Origin: Amoebidium appalachense
Lineage: Eukaryota; Protista; Ichthyosporea
NCBI GenBank assembly: GCA_963693365.1
Contig: CAVNZM010000002.1
Location: forward strand, 6,461,943-6,525,942
Length of the DNA: 64,000 nucleotides
Reading direction: 5' to 3'
Of the stretch, positions 37,714 through 50,936 are shown piece after piece. The number at the start of each line of letters is the position of its first letter. Position 1 is the stretch's first letter. The notes under the pieces are model-generated. The model had not been told where the DNA came from. It saw only the letters and a program-made list of their open reading frames with translations, and did no database searches. The position numbers and the translations under genes were made by a program.

Positions 37714-40700
37714 TTAGTGTGAAGGGAGGGGGAGATCCCGTAGGGATTGATAGCACTCCTGGTAGGTGGGTGCGGGCATACGTGATTGGAGGGGTTTGAA
37801 GGCTGCCACTAGGATGGAGCGGGGGTAGTGCAAAGAGTGGAATTCGAGGGCAGGAAGGAGAATTGGGGGGAGGAAGTAGGGGGGGTGAGAGGTATTGACC
37901 CAAACTCTAATGAATGCACCAGTGACGGTGGCCTGCTTGGAGGCATTAGATTGGTATGCATGCCAGTGTTTGAAACGAATGATGGATTGTCCCAACCCTG
38001 TTAGAAGGGAAGTGCGGTTTTTGTTGTGGTAAGAGCAGTGTAACCCGTAGTTGGTGATGGTGATATCTACCTCAAGCTGTTTGTAGGTGTAGGAGTCTGG
38101 TTCTAATTCAAGGGTGAGAGCTGAGGGGTAGCATGAGTGAATGAATGCTCGTTTTAGGGGAGTCACCAGGGGGGGTGTGGTGGGTCGAAGTGAGGGGGGT
38201 GACAGCTAGCCAATATGCGTCATCTACATATCTGGCTCCTGCGATCACAATGCGCATGAAATATGCCTGTGCCCGTAGGGAGAGGATCATGAGTTGCTCA
38301 CTGTGTGCACATACTACCAATGCATTAGGGGCACTAGTGGGAGAGCCCATAGGGATGCCCACTGATTGTCGTATGACTTGGTCGGTGCCTACCAGAAACA
38401 GAGCGTGTTGTAGATCGAATTTTACTATCTCGTGGATTTGGCTGAGAGTGATACGAACATAGCGCTTGTCGGGGTGTTTGCCAAATTTTCCGTCGGCGGA
38501 ATCTCCAATCGAGACTGAGATAAAGGCATCATGTGGGTGTGTTTGGCTAGCCCGGTCGAGTAGCCATTCGACAGCCTTAAGTACGTCAGCGTGTTCAAGG
38601 TTAGTGAACATGTTTTTGACATCAGCGGCTACATGAGTGCCTTTGATCAGTTCCCCCGGGAACTGTTTCTCGATGATGCGATTGGTGGTGTGTACAAAGT
38701 CTGTGATATCCTGTGTACGCCACAGGGTGAATGATTCAATCCCACTATCTCTGAGGCAGAGATTGATAGCACGAGCAGCAGCACGGAGGTGCGGTTTGAG
38801 GGGGTGGTGTGCGTAGGAGACGATAGGGCGTATTTTGGTCAGGTCTTTATTTTTGTGCAAACAGTAGGAGGTAGGGAGGGAGGCATCGGGTTGGGGGTTG
38901 GTAAGATTTAGCCAGTTCTTATGTGCTTCACTTGTGGGAGTGGTGTAGGAGCTGAGGAGGAGGTCAGGGGTGGAAGTGTATGGTTGGTAGTGGGAGGTGT
39001 CGTGCAAAAACGTGTCAATATAGACATTGAAAGTGTGAGCAGGACAAGCAATCACAAATTCATTGGTGTTTTTGTCGCAGGGGCTAACAATGTATGGGGA
39101 GAGGCAGGTGCGGGTGTATTCAAGGTCGGGGAGGGTGTGGGTGTTGGTAAATTTTAGTGGTTGCACACGGGCAGCGAGAGCATTTGTGATTGACGAGCAT
39201 GAGGGGAAGCTATCACGGGAGGGGGTGTGTGCAATACGGGTGGTCACATAGGTTTTGCAGGCTTGTGCGTATTCAAGTAGGTGATGGTGTGCCTGCTGAT
39301 AGGTGGGGGGGGGTGTGTGTTGTGCACCATAGTGCAGGGTGGCACGGACACGAGGGTCAGGGAAATGTGAGCCTTTGTAGAGGAGGTGGGGGTGTTGTCC
39401 GCAGATGCATGGGGGTGGTTGTGTTGTTGATATCATGCGGTGGAAGGTGGTGTGGTTGTGTAGGATTTGTCCTAGAGTGGGGTGGGATGTTTGGATAACG
39501 CGTGTACGCCGGAGTAGGAGGGTGATGGCGTTATGGGGGGTATCGGTATCAACAAGACAGGCACGGAAGATTGCACGCATATCTTGTTTAGAGAGTAGGT
39601 GGGAGAAAGGTGTTTTTAGGATGTTGTGGGTAGGTAGTTGATGTTTTTTCTTGAGAATCCAATGTGTTTGTCGGAGGAGGCGTGCTTCAGCAGAGGAGGG
39701 AGAGGATATATCCATAAGAGTGATAGTAGCAGCACACAAATCGTCAAGGGGTAGAGATAGAAGGACTTGGAAGGAGAGGAGAGGGGAGTGGGCCGATGCG
39801 AGACCCACTCGCGCGAGTAAGGGAAGGGACGGTTGGGAGGAGGGTGGGGGGGGTAGAGGGGTGATGTGTAGAGAGATGGTATGTCCGTCACTTGACTTTT
39901 CTACATCCACGGTGCAGTTGAGGGAGGAGAGGTATGTTGTCATGCGGTGATATGCGGTACGCTGGGATGGTGTGTGTTTGCCTGGGTGGTATGTGATAGA
40001 GAGGGTGGTGGGGTTTGGGGGGGTTTGGGTGATGGTGTGTTGGATATATGTAGAAAGAGAGAGAAAGGTATGGTTGTTATGTGTGTAGTGTGATAGGTAG
40101 TGTGATGGGGGTGGGTGTGGTTGAGGAGGGGGGTTGTTGTTGGGTTGTCGTAGGTGTGGGGGTGGGCGTGCACGCCGATGGTTGTGTTCACGGGGTATTT
40201 GGACAAAACCAGGGTTGAGTATGCGCACAAGGGGGGGGGGAGTGTCGATGTAGTGGTTGAGGTGTGGTCGAATTTGTTTAATGAGAAGAAATTCAGCTTC
40301 CCTAAGATCCCAGAGAGGGGGGCAAAGATGGGGAGGACAAGATATTTGTGTATGCCGATGCGGGAAATATGCGCATATTTAGCGTCTGTGTTTGGGAGGT
40401 GTCCTTGTCTAGCTTTGGATATGTGTTCGTATGTACGCTGTTGCAGATGGGTGGTGGATCCAATGTAGAATTTGTTGTTCTCAAGGGAAAAGAGGGCGTA
40501 CACAACATTAGGTGTAGAGAATGCTTCAGGTGTACCTGCGTGGGGGACTTCGCGTGCAAGAGCGTGGATGGGGCGTAGGTATTTTGGGCATGTTTCGTTA
40601 AGGTATGTAAGAGCGGAGAGCGATGCTTGTAATAGAGTAGGCCAATATTGTTCTTTGAAGAGTAGGGGTGTGTTGTTTGAGGTGGCGTTGTTAAGAATGT

Positions 40701-40761
40701 TATGCATAAGAGTGGTAAGATGTATGGTACGTTGTCGGGAGTTTAAGTGTGCAGTTGCCAT
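37714..40761 (-). CDS. GIY-YIG endonuclease / reverse transcriptase polyprotein of the Penelope-like element (about 1015 aa, two frameshifts at G runs)
   Basis: ATG at 40761. VVYALFSLENNKFYIGSTTHLQQRTYEH, then after a shift near 40320 LREAEFLLIKQIRPHLN, which is in frame with ORF 38108-40228: PPCICG (CxC), DKN, KIRPIV, ADVKNMFT, RQSVGIPMGSPTS, RYVDD. The C-terminus continues in ORF 37714-38166 after a shift near 38170. Confidence 0.85.
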
Positions 40762-41005
40762 GGTGTGGGAAAAAGGGGGGGGGGGGGGGGGGGGGGGCAG
40801 CTGGGTTTGGTGTCGTATTTTAATGTAGTGAAGTGATATGGTGAAAGACAAGAAACAAGCCAATCCTGAGATGAGATATACACAGACAATCGAATGGGAA
40901 GTATATGTAATCAAGAAAACATCACTAGTAAAGAAATGCAGTGTAGTGTGGACAAACGGGGTCACCAGTACCCACCTTGAGGAAACGTTGCTGCAACCTA
41001 TTACA

Positions 41006-41896
41006 TCAATCCTTTTTCAGCTTGTCCAGCTGTTCAGCCACCGAGTACAGTTTAACAGCACGAATTTTGTTGCCAGTCCGGATCCTAAACTGTGTATCCT
41101 GCCTTAAAAGACCGGTTTGTACAGCACTCACATACTCTACGCCTCTACCGACCCACGATTTAACGGGACGGCTATTGGGGGTTTCCTGTCCTGGGAAGCC
41201 GATGGCCAGACCGTTGGGATTGTCACCTGCTGCGTGTTGGGGTTGTGCTTTGCGGGGTGGGGTTTCAACCTTGGGAGGGGATTGGCGTGCTTGTTTTTTG
41301 GGGGCGGGGGAGGGAGAGCGTTTAGAGGAGCGTTTGCGAGATTTGCGTTTTTCAGGAGAAGAGTGGGAGGAGTCGGAGAGAGACTCAGAGAAGGAATCGC
41401 TCGAATTTCTACGTTTACGCGATTTTTTGTGTTTCTTAGACTGTTTGCGGTGGGTAGGTGGCACGTTTACTACAGTGTTCTGTTTGCTACGGTATGCTAA
41501 CTGTTCGGTCAGGCGGGCATTATGTTCTTCCAGTGACGCAAGTTTTTCCCGTGTTGCTACTAGCTGTCGTTGGGTTTCCAATTTGTCATCCACAGAACGT
41601 GCTGCCTGCTGTAATTTGGTGTCCAGGAGGTTGGAGAAAGCTGCAAGTTCTTTCTGTTGTTTTTCGGTGGCGGCGGCGGCGGCGGCGGCTTCTTCCTTGG
41701 CGGCAATTTCGGCTTGGATACGTTCGTGTTCACGCAGAGCGTGATATTGTTGGGCGAAAAACGGGTCGAATTGTGGTATGTTCGGTGGGGGCCCGAGAGT
41801 AGGTGGGTGTGGGAATGGGGGCGGTGGAAACAACGGTTGTCCATAAGGTACGTTAGGGCGTGGTTGGTTACCAGTCGGGCGCCACGCGTGGTTCAT
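41006..41896 (-). CDS. Upstream accessory ORF of the Penelope-like element (296 aa; Pro-rich, coiled coil, Ser/Arg/Lys-rich)
   Basis: Uninterrupted ATG-started ORF that is not microsatellite-derived. It lies inside the pseudo-LTRs on the same strand as the RT. Coiled coil HALREHERIQAEIAAKEE...LEEHNARLTEQL and basic tract KKHKKSRKRR. Confidence 0.6.
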   Translation of the reverse strand: MNHAWRPTGNQPRPNVPYGQPLFPPPPFPHPPTLGPPPNIPQFDPFFAQQYHALREHERIQAEIAAKEEAAAAAAATEKQQKELAAFSNLLDTKLQQAARSVDDKLETQRQLVATREKLASLEEHNARLTEQLAYRSKQNTVVNVPPTHRKQSKKHKKSRKRRNSSDSFSESLSDSSHSSPEKRKSRKRSSKRSPSPAPKKQARQSPPKVETPPRKAQPQHAAGDNPNGLAIGFPGQETPNSRPVKSWVGRGVEYVSAVQTGLLRQDTQFRIRTGNKIRAVKLYSVAEQLDKLKKD

Positions 41897-42036
41897 TGCG
41901 AAACGTGAGATAATGATAATAATGTTAATAATAATAAATTGAGTAATATCTGTATAGTATTGGTAGGGAGTTAAGTTATATAAACGTTGTAATATATGTA
42001 TATGTTAGAGAAAAAGAAAGAGAAAGAGAGAGTGGT

Positions 42037-42077
<41 letters not shown>

Positions 42078-42125
42078 GACAACCCTGGTATCCGATGCTG
42101 CAACAGTCCGGTGCCAGGTGGGAAT

Positions 42126-42530
42126 TGTGTATGTTGTAGATGGGGAAGTAGATGACGCGGAGTGGTAGTTTAATAATAATACTCGGGCTTGTATACCATG
42201 TATTTATAGTTAGGTAAATGTATAAACCGTGTACAGGCAGTGTGAATAGAACCAGTGAGCTTACATGGGTGCTCTGCCAACGTTAGTTACACCAAAATGA
42301 ACGGTGACCTAAGGAGCGCATCACCACTCGTTCATAAGCTAAGCGTTGGTCTAGAATGTAAAAATACACACTAGCGGACTTAGTCCCTGCCTTAGGCGTC
42401 CCAAGTAGCTATACGCGAACTGGTTCGAGCCGGTGTATGGCTATATGTTATAGTGGACACTGTGATCAATGGTACACGGTAATCGGTGAAGTGAGGTTTT
42501 CGATGGTCACACAAGCCTTATTGTATCCGA

Positions 42531-42533
<3 letters not shown>
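42126..42533. repeat. Pseudo-LTR, 5' copy
   Basis: Direct repeat of 36320-36729, followed after a single C (42534) by (GT)n. Confidence 0.92.
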
Positions 42534-42605
<72 letters not shown>

Positions 42606-43450
42606 TGTGTGTGCACGTGCGCGACGATGTGTGTTAGTGTGTGTGCGCGCGTGTGTGCGCGCGTGTGTGTGCGTGTGTGTGTGAATAAGGCGGGACTGGT
42701 TCTTGAACCTCCGGTGGTCTTATACAGCAAGGAGCGTGAAGGGGACTCGCAGTAAAGGCATTTTTGAATTAAATTATTGAAATGGGGGGGTGGGCAGTAG
42801 TTAGTATTGAGGTCCCCCCTAGTGGTGGGTCCCCCCTCACCCCCCCCCCCCCCCCGGGGGGGACCCACCTGCTCGAGGGGGTGGGGGGGGTCCCCACCCC
42901 CTTCCCCCCTCCGGGGGGACCCACCTCTTTGATGGGGTGGTGCCCCCCCCCCCCCCCTTCCCCCCCCCCCCCCCCCCCCCCCTCCCTCCCCCCGCGGGGA
43001 ATCCAACGGGACCCTCCGCGCCGGCCGCAGCTGTGTACCCTCTCAAGTTCTGTGAGGTTCGCCTCCCCCCCCCCCCCCCCCCCCTCTCCCCTCCCCCCCT
43101 CATCCACCACCATCCCCAACATTAAGTTTGTGCTAAGTCTTCTTCCCTTCCTTTCAACCAAGGCCTCGACAAAGTTAGGGCAAATCTATCATGCACAACA
43201 TGTCACTGGGAGTGTTCGTCTGCAATTTTTGTGCGGTGTAGACGTGGGACCGTGTGTGTATGTTGAGGTCGTTAAGGTGGGTGGGCATTCGGCACTGCTA
43301 ATCACTGTGGTGGCCTGAAAGTGTGCAAGTAAACGTCGTGCCACATGTGCAAGCTGTGTGGACGCAATGCGCTTAGAATGTGCAAAATTACATGGCATTT
43401 CACGTGTGTGCAAGAGAAGAGGGTGTGTGCACACGTGTGGGTGTCACTGT

Positions 43451-43482
<32 letters not shown>

Positions 43483-43487
43483 CTACC

Positions 43488-43560
43488 CAAATAAGACTAA
43501 TATATATTAGTATGTATATTGGACAAATAAGACTAATATATAATAGTATGTATATTGGAC
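43488..43560. repeat. 36-bp tandem duplication
   Basis: caaataagactaatatata(t/a)tagtatgtatattgga, two copies. Confidence 0.85.
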
Positions 43561-43995
43561 ACCAACTTGAAAAAATATTGGCATCGGCACCTTCTCTACA
43601 TGCACTAATCGGTATCAATTATCAGGCCCTGGGTCAAATTGGACCTGCTTACTAGCTAGGCATCCCCCCCCCCCCTCTCCCTCCCTCCCTCCCCCCGGAA
43701 CGACTGCTGGCCCGTGGGAGCCTCCCCTCTCAACACCCCTTAAGATCTCATACGGAGACCGAAATGACTGGTTGCTCATGACCACTGATTTTCTCGACAT
43801 TTTACAGTAAAGCACCCGTGCGCACGCAGGCACACACACGTGCGCGCACGCTCTACAATACGCTCATGATCACAGACTGCCGTAGGATAATATGCTATTC
43901 TCTGTATAATGACGTGCGCGCGCACACGTGGCACACATTCTGAATTCCTTTTCCCCTCTAGATCTCTAACTGCTTCCCCTTATTCCCCCCCCCCC

Positions 43996-44026
<31 letters not shown>

Positions 44027-45105
44027 CACCACCACCACCACCACCACCTCCACCACCACCACCATCAGGACCACCACCGCGACCTCTTTTTCGCTCTTTA
44101 TCTACCCCCTTTCCCCCCCTCCCCTCCCCCGGTTATTTGTCTGACGCAATTTCATTCATGCATCATGCGCCATCATGCATGCTCATCATTTCCAATTGAA
44201 CAACCGTTCACACACACACAGACACATTATCTATGGCAATTCAGGCACAAATGCCACGGAAGGCACATGCGCGCGTGCAGATTTGTGCCAGAGAATTTGG
44301 AATCTCTCTCAATCACTGACACACACACACACACAACACACACACACATATGCACACAAACGCACACACAGGCAAAGAGGCACTGAGACACACATGCACA
44401 TGCCCCTTCCCCAGCCAGCGGAGGGGTGGTGGGTCCCCACCCCCCGGAGTCTCCCCCCCCCTCCCCTCTGGGAGGGGGGAACCCACCCCTTCGGGGGGAA
44501 GGTGGGTCCCCCCCCCCCCCCCCCCCCCCCCAACCTTACTACTACCCCCCTCCCCGTTTCAGAATCAAAAAAGCCTAAAAGAAGGCTTTCCGGTCTCATA
44601 TTCCACTTCCTTATTAGATCGTTTAAGTTTGCTCTTTCGGTGTATGTGTGGGGTCACAGTGTGCACGCACACATACATGTGTGTGTGGTGATGGTGCTAT
44701 CGTTGTGAGAGGAGGTGGGCAATTGCTATAATGAAGGGCTAAAGGGCAAAAGGGGGTTACGAGGTGTAAGTGTGTGTATGTGGGTGCGTGGGTGTGTGTG
44801 GTTAAAGGGGGGGAAGAGGGAGGAAAGGATTGAGAAAGGGGATAGAGAAGACAAACCACAGAAAAGGGTACTGGAGACAGATAAGAGTTGCTGATGGATA
44901 GGGAAGATGATTCAATGTGGAATGAAGGGATTCCGGACGGGATGGAAGGAAGGGGTGGGGGGGAGAGGGGGGAGTTGAATAGACCTGGGGTGAGAGCCGA
45001 CAGGGAACCTAAGTGAAGCCTTAGGTCGTGCCGGTATTTGCATACGTGTGGAGGTGATGTTTGGGTGATACACACAGGCGCGCGCACACATACACACACA
45101 CGCAC

Positions 45106-45156
<51 letters not shown>

Positions 45157-45744
45157 GTGACATATGCACACACACGTGCGCACACACACACACGCACGCA
45201 CATACACACACACACAGAGAAGCCGTGGTATCAACCCCCACTCCCCCTCCCCCCCCCCAAGCCCACACACCCACACACTGTGACATTGTGATATGTACGC
45301 CCTGCTAGCTGACATGTACACCCATTCACTCATACACTTCACATGTGGACCGATGGTTGTGCAGACAAAAGCAGGCAGTTACAAGTACCCAGGAACACAG
45401 GCGCACAGCCTGAATCGATTCGCTATATCCATTATACCAAGCCTTGCTATCGTGTGTGTGTGTGTTTGTATGTGGGTGGGTGGGTGTGGGTTACAGTGGT
45501 GCACGTGTGTGCCTGAACATGTGTGTGGTTCTGTCATATTACACGCCTTTTAAGGCACCGAGCTCGAGGTATAACCAGGTCCTGCCCCGAAAGGCACGCT
45601 CTCTTTACCAACATTACAGGCTGCTTTATGTGGGTGGGTTTGGTGTTTAGATATTAGATAGAGAGAGAGGTAAATAGAGTGAGAAGGACAGGGGTCGGAG
45701 GGTGGGGGGGGGGGGGGGGTAAGGGAGTGAAAAAGAGAGCGAGA

Positions 45745-46310
<566 letters not shown>

Positions 46311-46931
46311 TGTGTGTGTGTGTGCGTGCGTGTGTGTGTGTGAGGGAGAGACAGAGGGAGGGAGGGAGGGAGGGAGGGAGGGAGGCAGGGAGAGGGAGAT
46401 GCGGGGGGGGGGAAGAGAGGGGGGGAGGGGGAGAGAGAGAGGGAGAGGAGGGGGGGAAGAGAGCAAAAGAGGAAGAGAGAGGGAGAGAGGGAGAGACTCT
46501 GAGGGATAGGGAGATGGGGAGAGAGAGAGAGAGAAAAAAGGGGAGAGGGAGTTTGTAGGGAGACAGGGGATGGGGGGGGGGGGGGGGGGGGGGAGGCGGA
46601 TGGCAACCTGGTCTGAAGAGAGAGTCTGTGTAGAATGTCAGGATGTGTGCTCTATAAGTGACGGTATGTGAACGCGTGTGTGTGTAACCGTATGGTTGCG
46701 AATGAATGTTGGTGGGCCACGATGGCCAAGAGTATGCCCTGCATGAAAATATACACACTTATATATATGTCATATACGGCGTGTGTGTGCATGTGCGTGT
46801 GCACGACGTTTAGGAGCAAGCGCGTCTCTGTTTGTATTTGGGTTGTGGGTTTACACACATACACACAGTTACACACATGCTGTGTGCTGTTGCCGTGTGT
46901 TTTGTATGCGTTTTTTTGCCTTTGTGTGAAC

Positions 46932-47017
<86 letters not shown>

Positions 47018-48789
47018 GTGCGTGTGTGTGTGTGTGTGTCTGTGTGTCTGTGTGTGTTTGTGTGTGTGTGCTACGGTGACACTGTGTGTGTGTGAGTGGT
47101 GTGAGAATGTGGTGTGCGTGTGCATGTTTGTCACGGTGTGTGGGCACGTGTGTACGTGTGCGAGTGTGCGTTCATGAGTATTTTCCCTATTTTGTCACTT
47201 TTTCTTCTTACTGATAGTGTTGTCTATGGTGAAATATCCGCTTTTTGGCTTTTCGAGGTCGACTGCCCAGTGTAATACGATGCGTACGTGTATCCGCGTA
47301 CCCACGTACATTTCCCTCGTCAGGATGGGCGGTATATGTGCTGACGGTGCGTACCTGGCCAATGAAACCGCAGACGTTGTTTTGATGCTCCAGAAACCAA
47401 TCAAACGATTTGCGTTTATCAAGAGATTATTGATCTGATTGGATTACCTAAATATAATAACCATATAAAGCTACATTGTGATCCAGAAATGAAATTCTTT
47501 GGAACGTACCTCTTGAATTTTAGAATCTTGTTCGCTGACGTTCTGCGGTCACACGTGCATGTAGCTTTTGTGTGGCCTGTGTTCGTGACAAAAAGTGCAT
47601 CAGTCCTTACACCTGTATTTTTAGAAATCAGTGCATTGTCTTGTGGGGAATACAGTGATTGTGTGGATTTGATACGAACTCAGCAGAAATTTTTACGCAA
47701 GTAGAACTGCTCAGTAGAGCTCGAGATAACGTGAAGGGTTTTATCGTTCACATACACGTATACCCAAACTAATTTGATTACACCATTTGCCAAGCTAAAG
47801 CTGATTTTTACCACAAAGCCTGGAACAAATCTCTTTTTTACAATTGCACAACGACTTCTCCACAGCCCAACATTAAAGCTCTCAAAATGGGGTATTTTGG
47901 AAAGCCTCCCAGCTGGAAAGGCTGCACAAAAAATCTTCTGGTCAACTGTGCACTACTTCTGTCGTTACTTCTCGCTTGCTTCTGCCCACCTGTGGTCGCA
48001 CAAAATGACCTTCACATCATTTCCCCCCGAGCCATCTCCAAGAAACCCGTGGTGAAAATCACCCTCTATGAAAACTACTCCGGGACGTGTGTTGCCTCTA
48101 GGGGGACATCCCCTTGGACGAAAGTGAACCTGCAATGGTTGTAAACCACGGCAAGCCCCCAGTCATCAATTTATTGATCCGTGAGGTCCTTGTGCCCAAA
48201 AAACGGGGGAAGTCTTCGCCCCGTGAAAAAACAGCACGCATGTGTGGATCAATGGGGGTGAGTGTGGGTGTAGGTGGGTGGGTGAAAAGAAAATGTATAG
48301 CCGTAAGGGCTGTAGGTGCTCAACACAGAAGATGTGTTTGTAGCTTGCTGATCTGCTGAAAACTGTCTTGCTTATATACCTAAGCCTACCGACCTGAGCC
48401 AATTGAAAATCGTTCCAGTGATATGTGAATCTGAATCGAACCAATCAAAATCGGTCTAGCGATATGTGGAATCTGATGTTTTGATTAGCTAATAGGTGCC
48501 CGTGTGCGAGCGGCCAATCGCGAACTGCTAAAACACGAAACGAAGCCTACATGGTTATGTCAATATCGAACACCCATCCTACGTGTTTACCCAGAAAAAT
48601 ATTTATGTCAATAAATTCCACAAATAAAACCTCTATGAAAACTACTCCGGGACGTGTGTTGCCTCTAGGGGGACATCCCCTTGGACGAAAGTGAACCTGC
48701 AATGGTTGTAAACCACGGCACGAGAGCAGTATGCTTGCTCCAAAGGTTTCACTTAAGGATAGAGGCAAATACACGTTTGTTAGTGGCAG

Positions 48790-49760
48790 CAATGGGGGCC
48801 GGCGAAGTCGAGTATAGATCAGGGAACAGTCGGATAATCATCTGCCAAGTTGTTGGATCCTGGAGTCGTCGACCCCGGCCTCGGCCAGGGCTGTGGCCCC
48901 CCCAATTCGGAGGCTGTGGCCGGCAAACCGGGAGGGTGAGAGGCCCGCCCGGGAGAGGAGGGCACGGAAGTCGTCAGAGAAAACACCCTTGGTGTAGGGA
49001 ATGCCACCGAGACTGAACAGGGGGTCGTCGAGACTGAACAGGGGGTCGTCTACCGAGACTGAACAGGGGGTCGTCAGGTTAACCGGATGTCGTATCCAGG
49101 AACTGCCGGAGGAGATGGGCTGGGGAGAAGTGGGTGAGAGGCAGGGCAGCTAGAGTGACGTTGACACTTAGGGCTGTACATCCATCTTGGAGGTTGGCAG
49201 GTGGAGGGTGGCATGGGACAAAGTACTGGTGGGGGTGTAGCTGAAGGTCACGTCCTTCCATTTCACGTGACGGGACGGGTCGAAGGAAGTCAGGGTCTTG
49301 GAGGTAAATTCCCACGAACGGAGGAGACCACAAAAACCGACGATGAGGGCCGTCCAAAGCCGGCGATTGGCTGAGGAGGCCTGGGTGGGGCACTGGCCAT
49401 GGAGTAGGCCGAGGTGGGAGGGCAGGAGGGGTTCTCTGGGAGATGATCGGGGTCGGATGTTGTGAGAAAAGCTGCCATCTGCCCACCCCTTGTAGGAACC
49501 AGGCGAGAGACTTGTTGTGGGGGTAGGGAGCCGGAAGTCCCATGTCGAGGTGGAGTCTGGTGATAGCCGAATTGTAGCCGGCCAAGGAAGAGGCCTGTAT
49601 CCCTTGTTGGGCACACCAGGCAAGAAAGAGCTGCACAGTGTGTGGGGAGGCCGGGAGGTAGGACCCGGAGGAGGATGGCAGCCGAGATGCCACAAAAAAT
49701 CGATGAACACTTTCTGCACCCGGGAGTAGAAGGCCCGAGAGTCGAGGTTGAGACTCAGGG
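48790..49760 (-). pseudogene. Tyrosine recombinase (Cre/DIRS-like), frameshifted
   Basis: Core-binding segment VQLFLAWCAQQGIQASSLAGYNSAITRLH; box I TALIVGFCGLLRSWEF; TLHLPTSKMD; box II FAGHSLRIGG/ATALAEAG...QLGR*LSD...IYTR (conserved Trp is now TGA). Several frameshifts. Confidence 0.85.
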
Positions 49761-49902
49761 CCTGGCACTCCTGCAGGGTAGTGGTGGCTCGAAGCAGCAC
49801 GGCCGGAGCAAAGTGGGGGGCCAATCTGCCAGCGTTGCTCCGGAAGGGAAGATCGGGGGGGGGGGGGGGGAGGGGGGGGGGGTTGAGCCCAGGGGAAGGG
49901 AG

Positions 49903-49975
49903 AGGGCATGTGCCGGAAGGTAGCCTGCACGTCTGCCACTGCCATGTAGCAGCCGGGGCCTGCGTCGAGAATGAG
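49903..49975 (-). pseudogene. DIRS-type reverse transcriptase remnant
   Basis: LILDAGPGCYMAVADVQATFRHMP resembles the DIRS RT motif around the first catalytic Asp. The downstream RT (YxDD) and RNase H motifs were not found. Confidence 0.55.
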
Positions 49976-50173
49976 CTGGGGTCCCGGGCTTGTTTTTTGT
50001 AGTAACGGCGCCGATGGGGGAGGATCGGAGGACCGGAAACTCAGCAAGGAATTGGTCCGGGAAGAGGGTGGCCGCGCTGGTGGCCGAGGGGGGGGCTGGG
50101 CCTCCGGGTCTGAGCCTCGGGGGAAGGTGTGGTTAGCAAGGGTGGGGCACCCTCGGGGAGACCCCGGCAGCCG

Positions 50174-50209
<36 letters not shown>

Positions 50210-50233
50210 CAGGGCCCCGAGGGGTTTAGAGTA

Positions 50234-50936
50234 GGGCAGCTGGGCCCGAGAGAGGTTGCAGGCAGGGCAGCGGGGCCATGTGCAGGGGATGCCCGAGCAC
50301 GCAGGGATGCGGGCGGACACAGAGTTAGAAGGGGGGGGGGGAGGGAGTGCTAGGTGAGTGTAAGGGGGGTGGGGGAGGCTCGTGGGATGGGTGGGGAGTA
50401 AAATTATGTGCAGTGGCCAGAATAACGTCTTTGTGTAGGGACATGTATTCTGTGGCGCGCGCGGGCGCCGTAGGTGGCCTGCAAAAATTTGTACTCAGCC
50501 CTAGTGGCCCGTGCTCCCGAGCTCCGTGTCCCTGTACCCGTGTATCCTAGCTCCTAGCCCCTATGTTCTATCTTGTGTGTGCGGGCAGGTGGGCCCGAGG
50601 GAGGTTGCAGGCAGAACAGCGGGGCCATGTGCAGGGGATGCCCGAGCACGCGGGGATGCGGGCGGACACAGAGTTAGAAGGGGGGGGGGGGGGGGGGGGA
50701 GGGAGTGCTAGGTGAGTGTAAGGGGGGGGGGCTCGTGGGATGGGTGGGGAGTAAAATTATGTGCAGTGGCCAGAATAACGTCTTTGTGTAGGGACATGTA
50801 TTCTGTGGCGCGCGCGGGCGCCGTAGGTGGCTTGCGAAAATTTGTACGTAGCCCTAGTGACCCGAGCTCCCGAGCTCCGTGTCCCTGTACCCGTGTATCC
50901 TAGCTCCTAGCCCCTATGCTCTATCTGTGTGTGTGG
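50234..50936. repeat. About 350-bp tandem duplication inside the Ngaro-like element
   Basis: Units start gggcag(c/g)tgggcccgag at 50234 and 50583 and are highly similar throughout. Confidence 0.85.

Larger units (their letters stand above)
36320..42533 (-). mobile_element. Penelope-like retroelement with N-terminal GIY-YIG endonuclease (Naiad/Chlamys-type), bounded by direct pseudo-LTRs
   Basis: About 410-bp near-identical direct repeats at 36320-36729 and 42126-42533. GIY-YIG, CxC and PLE-type RT in that order on the minus strand. (GT)n on both outer flanks. Confidence 0.88.

Noticed and set aside
36320-42533. LTR retrotransposon interpretation of the direct repeats
   Set aside because: No TG...CA termini, protease or integrase; the RT and GIY-YIG motifs are Penelope-like.
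49008-49076. CRISPR-like short repeats
   Set aside because: Three near-adjacent 21-bp copies without unique spacers, inside a eukaryotic retroelement; this is a slippage duplication.
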